Shown: positions 54,928-64,000 of the stretch, one piece after another
Layout of the letters: each line of letters begins with the position of its first letter
How positions within the stretch are numbered: position 1 is the first letter of the stretch
Origin: Vulcanimicrobiota bacterium
GTDB lineage: Bacteria > Vulcanimicrobiota > Vulcanimicrobiia > Vulcanimicrobiales > Vulcanimicrobiaceae
DNA length: 64,000 nt
Direction: 5' to 3'
NCBI GenBank assembly: GCA_003135555.1
Contig: PLCF01000085.1
Coordinates: 32,001 to 96,000, forward strand
Program-made: the position numbers and the translations under genes
The notes under the pieces: generated by a model
Database searches by the model: none
What the model was told of the DNA's origin: nothing
Seen by the model: only the letters and a program-made list of their open reading frames with translations

Positions 54928-56904
54928 GTGACCTACCGCCGCCTCTTGCTGGCCGTCCTTGCGATCGGTCTGATCGCATCGTTGTATGTCGCCGCACGGC
55001 GCGAGCGGCACGAGCACCGGGCCAACCGGGTCGAGATCGTGATGGACGACGCCGACTTCGTGTCGCTCGCGCGTTCGTACGCCTACGATCAGCGGGCGTT
55101 TCTCGTCGCGCTGCGGCAGGCCGGGCTGACCTCGCTCGCGGTCCAAGAAGAATTGGGCGGTCAGGTCGCGGTCTCGCCGAGCGCGGCGCTCTACGCCGGA
55201 ACGGCCTTGCTGGCCCAAGCGCGGCTGACCGGGTTCCGCGATCCGGTCTTCGCGCGGCTCGCCGTGCACGGCATCCGCAGCGACGAAGTGTATCTCGTCG
55301 CCTACGATCGCGAGACCAGCGCACGCTACGGCCGCCAGCTCGCGCTCAAGTTTTCGAAGCGCGCGGTGCGCGTGCTGCGCGCCGGCGTTCCGGCGGTGTA
55401 CGCGATCCGCACGCAACCGGATTACTTCGCGACCGTGGGGCTGGGTTTGCCCGGCGACCGCGTCGCGCTCGCGCACGAGCTCGGCCTCAAGCTCGTCCCG
55501 CGGCTGCAGAACGACGAACGCTTCAAGCCGCCGCAGATCGGCGCGCTGCTCGGCGACGCCGTCGAGCACCACGACGCGCACACGGTCGTGTTCTTCGGTC
55601 TGCGCAACCAGGTCGTCGGCTACCCCAACGCGATCGACGCGACCGCCGCCGTCATGCACGCCGCCAAGCTCACCTTCGGAACCGTCGAGACCTACGACGT
55701 CAAGCAGAACCAAGCCGGCAGCGAGGCGCTGGCCAAGGATCTCCCCGACGCGACGGTGCGCGTCCAGGCGATCGCCAAGACCGAACAGGACAAGCTGCGT
55801 CCCGAAGAGATCGTGCAACGCTACGAGCTGGGCGTGCGCGAGCGCAACGTGCGCGTGGTCTATCTGCGGCCGTTCGCGCACCAGTGGGACGAGCGTTCGA
55901 TCGAAGCGTCCAACGTCGAGATCGTCCGGCAGATCGCCGCGGGCGTGCGCGCGGCGGGGCTGCGCGTCGGCTCTGCCTCGCCGTTCGAGCGCTTCGTCAC
56001 CCGGCCGTGGGAGATCGCGCTCGCGTCGCTCGCCGTCCCGGCGATCCTGCTGTTGCTGTTGGCCGAGTTCGGCATCGGCGACCGGCGTTGGCTGGTCGGG
56101 TTTGTCATCGTCGACGTCGCGCTGGTGTTGGCGGGTTTCGCGTTGCACCACGACATGGCGGTCCGCAAGGTCCTCGCCCTGGCCGGCGGGATCGCCTTTC
56201 CGGTGGCAGCGTTCGCGGCGATCGCCCCGGCGTTCGGCGCCGCGCGAGCGAGCTCGACGGGCGGGGCGTTCCTCGACGGCGTGCGCGTCCTGGTCATCGC
56301 CACGTTGGTCGCCCTGTGCGGTGCGCTCGTCGTGGTCGGGCTGCTGTCGACGCCGCTGACGATGACCGAGATCGACCGCTTCAGTGGCGTCAAACTGGTG
56401 TTGGCCGTGCCGCCGCTGGCGTGTCTGCTGCTGTACTTGTTCACGCCGCGCTGGGGCTCCAAGCTCACGCCCACGACGCTGAGCGAAGCGCCGGTGACGG
56501 TGCTGCAACTCGTCGCCGGGCTCGTGCTGCTGGCCGCGGGGTATCTCGTGCTGGCGCGCAGCGGCAACCAAAGCGATATCGCGCCGTCGACGTTGGAACT
56601 CGCGCTGCGCTCGCATCTGAGCACCATCTTGCAAGTGCGGCCGCGCTTCAAGGAGTTCGTCGTCGGCTTCCCCGCCTTGATGCTGCTGCCCGCGCTGGTC
56701 CCGGCCGATCGCGCGCGCTGGGGCTGGCTGTTCGCGCTGGCGATCGGCGTCGGCCTGGCCGACGTGGTCGACACGTTCTCGCACCTGCACACGCACCTCT
56801 CGGTCTCGGTGCTGCGGCTGATCAACGGCGCCGTGATCGGCGTGATCGTCGGTGCGATCGCGATCGTGGCGTACCGCCGCTTCCGCCGTGCCGAGCCCAC
56901 GTGA
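54928..56904 (+). CDS. DUF5693-like membrane protein
   Basis: Large soluble domain (ERNVRVVYLRP), many TM segments, RPRFKEF, VDTFSHLHT; upstream of csaB. Confidence 0.8.
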   Translation: MTYRRLLLAVLAIGLIASLYVAARRERHEHRANRVEIVMDDADFVSLARSYAYDQRAFLVALRQAGLTSLAVQEELGGQVAVSPSAALYAGTALLAQARLTGFRDPVFARLAVHGIRSDEVYLVAYDRETSARYGRQLALKFSKRAVRVLRAGVPAVYAIRTQPDYFATVGLGLPGDRVALAHELGLKLVPRLQNDERFKPPQIGALLGDAVEHHDAHTVVFFGLRNQVVGYPNAIDATAAVMHAAKLTFGTVETYDVKQNQAGSEALAKDLPDATVRVQAIAKTEQDKLRPEEIVQRYELGVRERNVRVVYLRPFAHQWDERSIEASNVEIVRQIAAGVRAAGLRVGSASPFERFVTRPWEIALASLAVPAILLLLLAEFGIGDRRWLVGFVIVDVALVLAGFALHHDMAVRKVLALAGGIAFPVAAFAAIAPAFGAARASSTGGAFLDGVRVLVIATLVALCGALVVVGLLSTPLTMTEIDRFSGVKLVLAVPPLACLLLYLFTPRWGSKLTPTTLSEAPVTVLQLVAGLVLLAAGYLVLARSGNQSDIAPSTLELALRSHLSTILQVRPRFKEFVVGFPALMLLPALVPADRARWGWLFALAIGVGLADVVDTFSHLHTHLSVSVLRLINGAVIGVIVGAIAIVAYRRFRRAEPT

Positions 56905-56905
56905 C

Positions 56906-58021
56906 TTGCGGTTCTTGATCAGCGGCTACTACGGCTTCGGAAATCTCGGTGACGAGGCGCTCTTGGAGGTGATCGTCGAGCGGCTGCGAGCTCGCTGGCC
57001 CGCCGCTGCGGTCGACGTGCTCAGCGCCGATCCGGCGGGGACTGCGCGCAGCTACGGGGTGGAAGCGACCCCGCGCATGGATCTCGGGCGCGTTCGCGCC
57101 GCGATTGGCCGCGCCGACGTCGTGCTCTCCGGCGGCGGCGGCCTGCTGCAGAACGTCACCAGTCTGGGGAGCCTGCTCTACTACGGCGGCGTGATCCGCT
57201 CGGCGATCCGCGCGAGAAAACCCACCATGGTCTTCGCGCAATCGATCGGCCCGCTCGACTTTTGGGGCCGCGCCGTGGTGCGCACGTTCTGCAAGGGGCT
57301 CAGCGCGGCGACGGTGCGCGACGAACGGTCGCGCGCGCTGCTCGGCGAGCTGCTTCCCGGGACACCGGTCGAGCGGACCGCCGATCCCGTCTTTCTCATC
57401 GATCCGGCGCCCGAGCCGCTCGATCTGGCCAGCGAAGGCCTGGGCGATTCCGACGCGCCGCTGGTGGTCGTCGCGGTCCGCAAATGGCAGGGCGCCGAAA
57501 CGACCGCGCGTACGCTGGCGGCGGTCGTCGACCATCTGGCCGCCGTGCACGGCGCGCGCGTCGCCTTCCTCCCCTTCGGCGGCCCGCCCGACGCCGAGGT
57601 CGCTACCACGATCATCCGGCGCTGCGCCTCGACGCCGGTGCTGCTGCCGGACTACCCGCTCGCGCAAGCGGCCCAGGTCGTCGCGCGCGCCGCGCTGGTC
57701 GTCGGGATGCGACTGCACGCGCTGGTCCTCGCCGCGCGATTGGGCGTCCCCTTCCTCGCCATTTCGTACGATCCCAAAGTCTCGGCGCTGCTCGAAGACT
57801 TGCGCTACCCCGCCGGTCCGCTGTTCGTTCCGGGCCGGCCGCCTCCGGCCGCCGACGCGTTGCTGGGGCGCGTCGACGATGCTTGGCGGCGCCGCGACGA
57901 GCTGGCCGCGCATTTGCGCAGCGTCCGCCCCGAAATCGAGCGGCTCGCCGAGCGCAACTTCGACGTGCTTGGCGAACTTGTGACACGCACGACACGCGAG
58001 GCGGCGGGAACCGAGGGCTGA
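56906..58021 (+). CDS. csaB: Polysaccharide pyruvyl transferase CsaB
   Basis: ISGYYGFGNLGDEALL, GGGGLLQ, AQSIGP, VRDERS, GMRLH, YDPKV. Confidence 0.92.
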   Translation: MRFLISGYYGFGNLGDEALLEVIVERLRARWPAAAVDVLSADPAGTARSYGVEATPRMDLGRVRAAIGRADVVLSGGGGLLQNVTSLGSLLYYGGVIRSAIRARKPTMVFAQSIGPLDFWGRAVVRTFCKGLSAATVRDERSRALLGELLPGTPVERTADPVFLIDPAPEPLDLASEGLGDSDAPLVVVAVRKWQGAETTARTLAAVVDHLAAVHGARVAFLPFGGPPDAEVATTIIRRCASTPVLLPDYPLAQAAQVVARAALVVGMRLHALVLAARLGVPFLAISYDPKVSALLEDLRYPAGPLFVPGRPPPAADALLGRVDDAWRRRDELAAHLRSVRPEIERLAERNFDVLGELVTRTTREAAGTEG

Positions 58022-58041
58022 CGCGCGAAGCGGCTGCGACT

Positions 58042-58800
58042 GTGGCGCGGCAGACTCTGACCCTGGGTCGTCTGTTCGATGTCCGCGTAGGCGTGCACGT
58101 TTCGTGGCTCGCCGTGTACGCGTTCATGACGTTCGCGCTGGCGCGTGGCCTGGGCATGCTGCCGCAGCCCGCCGCGTACACCTTCGCGGCGATCTGCGCC
58201 CTGGCGCTCTTCGGCAGCGTGGTCGCGCACGAGCTCGCGCACGCACTCGTCGCGCGCCGCTTCGGGGTGCGCACCAATGCGATCACGCTGTTCCTGTTGG
58301 GCGGCGTCGCCACGCTCGAAGAAGAGCCGGCCTCGCCGCGGGCCGACGCGCTCATCGCACTGGCCGGACCGGCGCTCAGCGCGGCGATCGCGATCCTCGC
58401 GCTGGGCCTGCTCTACGCGCTCGACCGGTTCGCTCCCGGCGGCTCGCTGCGCACCGCGCTGGGCACGCTCGACACCTACGTCGTCATCGCCAACGCCGTG
58501 TTGGCGGTGTTCAACCTCGTCCCGGCCTACCCCATGGACGGCGGCCGCGTATTGCGCGCGATCCTGTGGCGCGGCTCGGGCGATCGGGATGCGGCGACCA
58601 CCACCGCCGCGCGCGTGGGCATCGCGTTCGCGCTGCTGATCGTCTCCGCCGGCGTCTTGGTCGCCGCCGCGACGCACAGCCTCGTCTACGGCTGGTACGT
58701 TCTGCTCGGCGTCTTTCTGTTGCGCCATGGTTGGGCGCAGGAGCGAGCCGCGCGCACCTCGGGGCGCCGCAGCGACGCCGACGTCCCCGCCGCGGCGTAG
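58042..58800 (+). CDS. Site-2 protease (M50)
   Basis: HELAH, ALAGP, FNLVPAYPMDGGR. Confidence 0.93.
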   Translation: MARQTLTLGRLFDVRVGVHVSWLAVYAFMTFALARGLGMLPQPAAYTFAAICALALFGSVVAHELAHALVARRFGVRTNAITLFLLGGVATLEEEPASPRADALIALAGPALSAAIAILALGLLYALDRFAPGGSLRTALGTLDTYVVIANAVLAVFNLVPAYPMDGGRVLRAILWRGSGDRDAATTTAARVGIAFALLIVSAGVLVAAATHSLVYGWYVLLGVFLLRHGWAQERAARTSGRRSDADVPAAA

Positions 58801-58825
58801 GCGGCAGCCCGTGGTCCGCTCGCTC

Positions 58826-59263
58826 GTGAATCGATGCGTCCTCGGCGCCGCGCTCGGCGCCCTCGTCCTCGCCGCGCCGGTGGCGGCGCGCGCGGCGATC
58901 GACCCGTGCTCGCTCATCCCGACGGCGCAGGTTCGAGCGATGACCGGCGGCACGGGCAAGGGGAGTTGGCATCACGCCGTCGGTCACGGCCGCTACGCGC
59001 AGGAGACCTGCCACTACGACGGACCGCTCAAGCGCGCCGTGCTCGTCGCCGTGCATCTCGACGCGCGGCCGTTCGCCACGGTGAAGTCGATGACCAAGCC
59101 GCTCCCCGGCGTCGGCGCCGACGCGATCTACATGGCCGGCCCGACGAGCGTGATCGCGTTCGTGAAGCACGGGCACTACGTCTCGATGAGCTGGAACGCC
59201 GATCCCGGCAAACCGTCGCCGCAGTTTCTCGCGGCCGCGAAGGCGGCAGCCGCGAAACTCTAG
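58826..59263 (+). CDS. Hypothetical secreted protein
   Basis: Signal peptide ARA|A, DPCSL...TC pair, PGVGADA. Confidence 0.7.
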   Translation: MNRCVLGAALGALVLAAPVAARAAIDPCSLIPTAQVRAMTGGTGKGSWHHAVGHGRYAQETCHYDGPLKRAVLVAVHLDARPFATVKSMTKPLPGVGADAIYMAGPTSVIAFVKHGHYVSMSWNADPGKPSPQFLAAAKAAAAKL

Positions 59264-59746
59264 TCCCGCGGGGTTGTGACCTCGGCGCCGACGATAGCCG
59301 AATATGGGAATAGGCGACAATCGCTTAGTGCGGCTTTGCCCGGATCGAGACACTGCTGATTGTCGTGGACCTGACCGTTGCAGGTGGCACGAAGTCCGGA
59401 GGCTGCACGCATGCGAAGACCCAGGCTCTAGGCCGTGCCAAAGCCGATTTAGGAAAGGGTCGCATCTCCCATCACGATGGCGCGATGTTGACCGGGATCG
59501 TTATCGTCGCTGAGGTGCCGTCGCTGCGACTTGCGACCAGTGAAGTCTGCAAGGTCGCTTGGCCGACCGGGACGGTCCAATCCCTTCGGGGGACCTATCT
59601 AGCCACTGAGTCGAAACCACTTCAAGCGGACAATTTGGTGAACAAGTCTCGCGCTAAGTATATGAAAAAACTCTGGCACTTGTGGCCGGATCATCGGATT
59701 TAGTGACAGCACCCGCTTGTCGGCCCCGTTGAGCAGGAGGTGCCTA

Positions 59747-60202
59747 ATGTCTGACGAGAGCTATCCCTTCATCGAGCGAGTGCTCGAGCACTGGAGGGCT
59801 CGTAGGGTGCCCTACCTTCCCGGAGTCGCCAAAGAGCAATTGCAGACGTTTGAGCGAGAGAAGAATCTGCGCTTGCCGGTTGAACTACGTGCTTTCTATT
59901 TGGCAACAAACGGTGTTCGAGTGCCGGGAACCATGGAGGTCGACGACAAGAACTACGACTTCTGGCCACTCGAAAAGCTCCAAGTCGTCGAGGGAGAGCC
60001 ATCAAAGCTCTACTTCGCGGACTTTCAACAGTCAACTTGGACATTTGCGATCGAACTCGAGGGCAATGAGACCGCTAATCCAGGTGCGGTGTACGTCGCT
60101 GACGCTAGGTTCATACCTATTGCGGATTCGTTCGCTGAGTTCATGAATCTATACATTGCGGACGACCCGTTGATCTATCCAATTACCTGGAAGGCGCAGT
60201 AA
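59747..60202 (+). CDS. SMI1/KNR4 (SUKH) family immunity protein
   Basis: FEREKNLRLPVELRAFY...NG, IADSFAEF; AGGAGG RBS. Confidence 0.88.
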   Translation: MSDESYPFIERVLEHWRARRVPYLPGVAKEQLQTFEREKNLRLPVELRAFYLATNGVRVPGTMEVDDKNYDFWPLEKLQVVEGEPSKLYFADFQQSTWTFAIELEGNETANPGAVYVADARFIPIADSFAEFMNLYIADDPLIYPITWKAQ

Positions 60203-60451
60203 CGGTGCACCTTCGGGCCGGGGGAGTTTCGCCACAAATCAGCCCTCTCTAGCGAGATCACTTGGCTGAACCAAAGCGTCGTCGCGGCCACGTTACACTT
60301 AACTGCGATCAGGTCATTAAAATGGCGTTGGAAGAGGCCGGCCTGGGCCGGCTTCTTGGAGTCCCCGCGATAGACGCCCATAACCACATGGATCAACCGG
60401 CCGCTGGGAAGGACGCGCAACCAAAGTAGATATGGCCGCATCGAGCACCCT

Positions 60452-60844
60452 ATGCACCGCCTAGGCTTGGCCCTCCTCGCAGACGTAAGTCTCGCTGCCG
60501 TGCTCTCCGCAGCGCAATTCATGATCTTATTTCAGATACAATTGGCATTCACAGCGGATCATGCCCTGCTCTATTTCGGCTCGCCGTTGGGTTTACTGCT
60601 GGGCCCTGCTTTGTACGTATTATGCCGACGAGGCAAGAAATCAAAACACCGTTTGATCCTTGACGTCGTCGTGGCTGCGGCGGTTCTGCTGCTATTAAGC
60701 GCAATGATTTTGAGCATCGGCCAAGGGATACCGAGTTTTTTCGAGGTGCTCACCTGGCTCGTCCTTCTCAGCCCGGCAGTGCTCGAGGCCGTGGGGCTAA
60801 TTGTTTTGGAATGGCTGATTCGGAAGGGGCGTTCGGGTACCTGA
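60452..60844 (+). CDS. Hypothetical 4-TM membrane protein
   Basis: 130 aa, hydrophobic, AT-richer codons. Confidence 0.6.
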   Translation: MHRLGLALLADVSLAAVLSAAQFMILFQIQLAFTADHALLYFGSPLGLLLGPALYVLCRRGKKSKHRLILDVVVAAAVLLLLSAMILSIGQGIPSFFEVLTWLVLLSPAVLEAVGLIVLEWLIRKGRSGT

Positions 60845-61079
60845 AAGAGCGCGAGCGCCGTCGGCAGCTACGAACCGCTCGACGTGCTTGCGCATCGCTG
60901 AACCTTGGCACGATACGCGGAGAGGTCGCTCGCGTCAGCCTGTGGAGCGGAAGGCTCTGGCGATCGTCGCAGACGGCCGTGAAACCAGCCGCATAGAAGC
61001 AGGAACGGTGGCCAGGACGAGATGCCCATGCAATCAGAACAGGAGCATGTGACGGTCGCGCCCGAACGTGGGCCGTTCC

Positions 61080-63884
61080 ATGTCCGTGCCGCCCGAACGC
61101 GATTATCGCTGGTCCTTGAACCTGCCCAAGACCGAGTTTCCGATGCGGGCCGAGCTCCCCAAGCGGGAGCCGGCTCGCGTGCAGTGGTGGGCCGAACGCC
61201 ACACCTACCTGCGCCGGCTCGAGCAGAACCGGCGCCGCGGCGGTGCGCCCTTCGTGCTGCATGACGGCCCGCCCTATGCCAACGGCGAGCTGCACATGGG
61301 ACATTTTCTCAACCGCGTGCTCAAGGACGCGCTCGTCAAGATCCATCTGCTCGACGGCGAGTACGCCGACTTCGTCCCGGGCTGGGACATGCACGGGCTG
61401 CCGATCGAGCGCGAGACGCTGGCGCACCTCAAGCTCGACTTCCGCCAAGCCGATCCGCTGACGCTGCGCCGCGCGTGCCGTGAGCGCGCGTTGTACTGGC
61501 TGAACCTCCAGCGCGAGCAGATGTTCCGCATGGGCGTCGGCTTCGGGCGCTACGACGATCCGTACATGACGATCGCACCGCAGTTCGAAGCCGCGATCGT
61601 CGAGACGCTGGCCGATCTCGCCGAGAAGGACTACCTCTACAAAGGGCTGCGCTCGACGCTGTGGTGCGTCTACGACGAGACCGCGCTGGCCGAGGCGGAG
61701 ATCGAGTACAAGAACCACACCTCACCCTCGATCTACGTCCGCTTTCGCGCCGGCGACGCGCATCGGCACGCCTTGCTGAGCGCGTTCGGGCTCGACGACG
61801 ACGGGACGCCGCTCTCGATCGCGATCTGGACCACCACGCCGTGGACGCTGCCCGCCAACGTCGCGATCGCGCTGCTGCCCGGCGCAACGTACGGCCTCTA
61901 TCGCGTCGGCGACGAAGACGTGATCGTCGCCGAGAAGCTGGCCTCCGACGTGCTCGCGCGTTTCGGCGCAGGCCCCGGCGTGCTGCGCGCCGAGACCGAC
62001 GCGGCGGCGCTCGAGCGGCTCGCCGTGCGTCACCCGTTCCTGGACCGCGATGCGCTCGTCGTGCTCGCCGAGTACGTCGAGCTCGAGACCGGGACCGGCG
62101 CCGTGCACACCGCGCCCGGCCACGGTGCCGACGACTTCGAGACCGGCGTGCGCTACGAGTTGCCGATCATCAATCCCGTCGATGCCGGCGGGCGGTTCAC
62201 CGCCGAGGCGGGGCCCTACGCCGGACTGCACATCTTCGAGGCCAACGCGCGCATCGTCGACGACCTGCGCGCTTCCGGAGCGCTTATCGCCGGCGAGTCC
62301 TACGAGCATAGCTATCCGCACTGCTGGCGCTGCAAGAACCCGGTCATTTTCCGCGCCACCTCGCAGTGGTTCATCGGGATGGACCGCCGGGAGCTGCGCG
62401 AGCGCGCCGAGCAGGCCGTTCACACGGTCCGCTGGTCGCCCGCGTGGGGCGAGACGCGGATGTCGCAGATGGTCGGCAACCATCCGGAGTGGTGCGTCTC
62501 GCGCCAGCGGGTGTGGGGAACACCGATCCCGTCGGTCGTTTGCACGGCGTGCAACGAGTCGCTGCTCGATCCGCAGCTCGCGCGCAGCTTCGCGACGGCG
62601 ATGCGCGCCCGCTCGTTCGACGAAGGCAACGCGTCGGATCTTTGGTGGACGCAGCCTTGGGAACGCTTCGCACCCCCCGGCCTGGCCTGTCCCGGTTGCG
62701 GCGCTACGGCGTTCGCCAAAGAGTTCAACATCGTCGACATCTGGTTCGAGTCGGGCGTGACGTGGCGCGCCGTGCTCGTCGAGCGCGGCATGAAATTCCC
62801 CGCCGACGCCTACCTCGAGGGCGCCGACCAATACCGGGGCTGGTTTCGCTCGAACCTTATCACCGCGGTCGCGACCCGCGATACCGCGCCCTACGAGAAG
62901 GTCATCTCGTACGGGTGGGTCGTCGACGAGCACGGCCGCGCGATGCACAAGTCGACCGGCAACTACCTCGCCGCCGACGAAGCGATGACCAAGTACGGCG
63001 CCGACTTGCTGCGGCTGTGGACCGCCTCGACCGACGTCTCGGTCGGCGACGTGCGCTTGGGTGCGACGTTGCTCGACAACGTCGCCAACGTCTACCGCAA
63101 CCTGCGCAACCGGCTGCGCTTTCTGCTGGGCCTCGTCGCGGACCTCACGCCCGCGACGCGCGTCGCCCGCGCGAAGATGGAGCCGCTGGACCGGCTCGCG
63201 CTCGCCGCGTTCGACGCGTTCGCCGCCGAGGTCATGGCCCACTATCGGGGCTTCCGCCTGCACGACGCCTACCTGGCGATCCAGCGCTTCGACAAAGAGG
63301 ATCTCTCCGCGTTCTATGGCGACGCGCTCAAGGACCGGCTCTACTCGTCGAGCCGCGACGCGGCGCGCCGGCGCAGCGGGCAGTCGGCGCTCTTCGAGAT
63401 CTTCCGCACGACCTGCGCGCTGCTGGCGCCGATCCTGTCGTTCACCGCGGAGGAGGCGTGGCAGCACCTTTCCGAGGACCTGCGCGGCGCCGACGAATCG
63501 GTGTTCGACCTCTCCTTCCCGCACGTCGACGCGGTCGACGCGGAGTCGCTCGCGGTGTGGAGTGCGCTCAAAGAGCTGCGGGCGCAGGTCGCGGCGAGCG
63601 AAGGCGTGCGCGACTTCGCGCTCGACGCGCACATCGAGGTCGCGCCGCCGTTGTACGACCGGTTCGTCGGACTGGGCGACAACCTGCGCGAGGCGCTGGT
63701 GGTCTCCGCGGTCCGCGGCCTGGGCGCCTCGGCCGACGGTGCGTCACGCGTCGCGCTCTTCCCCGCGGCGGGCGAGAAGTGTCAGCGCTGCTGGAAGTAT
63801 CTCCCGCTGGGGCTCGATCGCGAGCACCCCGCGCTGTGCGCGCCCTGCGCCGCCATCGTGCGCGAGCTGCGCCCGAACGGATAG
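61080..63884 (+). CDS. ileS: Isoleucyl-tRNA synthetase (type 1, C-terminal zinc finger)
   Basis: LNLPKTEFPMR, HDGPPYANG.LHMGH, WTTTPWT, GTGAVH, AMHKS, CQRCW...CAPC. Confidence 0.98.
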   Translation: MSVPPERDYRWSLNLPKTEFPMRAELPKREPARVQWWAERHTYLRRLEQNRRRGGAPFVLHDGPPYANGELHMGHFLNRVLKDALVKIHLLDGEYADFVPGWDMHGLPIERETLAHLKLDFRQADPLTLRRACRERALYWLNLQREQMFRMGVGFGRYDDPYMTIAPQFEAAIVETLADLAEKDYLYKGLRSTLWCVYDETALAEAEIEYKNHTSPSIYVRFRAGDAHRHALLSAFGLDDDGTPLSIAIWTTTPWTLPANVAIALLPGATYGLYRVGDEDVIVAEKLASDVLARFGAGPGVLRAETDAAALERLAVRHPFLDRDALVVLAEYVELETGTGAVHTAPGHGADDFETGVRYELPIINPVDAGGRFTAEAGPYAGLHIFEANARIVDDLRASGALIAGESYEHSYPHCWRCKNPVIFRATSQWFIGMDRRELRERAEQAVHTVRWSPAWGETRMSQMVGNHPEWCVSRQRVWGTPIPSVVCTACNESLLDPQLARSFATAMRARSFDEGNASDLWWTQPWERFAPPGLACPGCGATAFAKEFNIVDIWFESGVTWRAVLVERGMKFPADAYLEGADQYRGWFRSNLITAVATRDTAPYEKVISYGWVVDEHGRAMHKSTGNYLAADEAMTKYGADLLRLWTASTDVSVGDVRLGATLLDNVANVYRNLRNRLRFLLGLVADLTPATRVARAKMEPLDRLALAAFDAFAAEVMAHYRGFRLHDAYLAIQRFDKEDLSAFYGDALKDRLYSSSRDAARRRSGQSALFEIFRTTCALLAPILSFTAEEAWQHLSEDLRGADESVFDLSFPHVDAVDAESLAVWSALKELRAQVAASEGVRDFALDAHIEVAPPLYDRFVGLGDNLREALVVSAVRGLGASADGASRVALFPAAGEKCQRCWKYLPLGLDREHPALCAPCAAIVRELRPNG

Positions 63885-63898
63885 TTCCCGGCGCGTCC

Positions 63899-64000
63899 GC
63901 CCCTGTGACACGCACGTGGCACACCGAACCCGTACGCTCGTGGGGTGGCATATCCGTTACCGGCCGGCATCTCGGGGCTGGTGGACCCCGATGACGAGCC
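63899..64000 (+). ncRNA. Possible 5' half of 6S RNA (cut by window end)
   Basis: CCCTGTG...ACCGAACCCG...GTGGGGTG, complementary to the CACCCAC / CGGGTTC motifs recalled from Bacillus-type 6S 3' strands; 3' half not visible. Confidence 0.4.

Noticed and set aside
59365..59703. 112-aa ORF before the SMI1/KNR4 gene
   Set aside because: No RBS or recognisable motif; at most a remnant, so not called as a CDS.

Overview
High-GC bacterial chromosome segment from a probable diderm, since it encodes outer-membrane beta-barrel proteins. The gene content and style suggest an Eremiobacterota/Vulcanimicrobiota-like organism, but this is inference only. The backbone carries uvrA (partial), a hicBA toxin-antitoxin pair, ligA, nnr, acpS, birA, ndk, eno, tRNA-Ile2(CAT)/tRNA-Glu, lemA-TPM genes, a MATE transporter, aqpZ, csaB and ileS. 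Main observations: (1) An AT-richer island starts at the 3' end of tRNA-Val(TAC). It is divided into cargo blocks by three same-orientation 68-69 bp end-like units, each with three spaced boxes and a conserved ...TTATyGTGATAGACCAACA terminus. The sequence after each unit resembles the 8-bp-periodic CAT array right after the tRNA. No transposase or integrase is in the window, so this looks like a stacked or cassette-type array mobilised in trans. (2) A Cyc2-like monoheme cytochrome-porin fusion lies with a cupredoxin lipoprotein, an SCO protein and an OmpR/histidine kinase pair, and a shared ~50 bp operator sits upstream of both arms. (3) An unassigned, highly structured ~210 nt RNA candidate precedes the DUF5693-csaB operon. 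(4) A small secreted 7-Cys peptide gene is divergent from a TonB-receptor-like gene. Product calls rest on motif recognition by eye; no database search was run. Several start codons were re-chosen relative to the ORF track.
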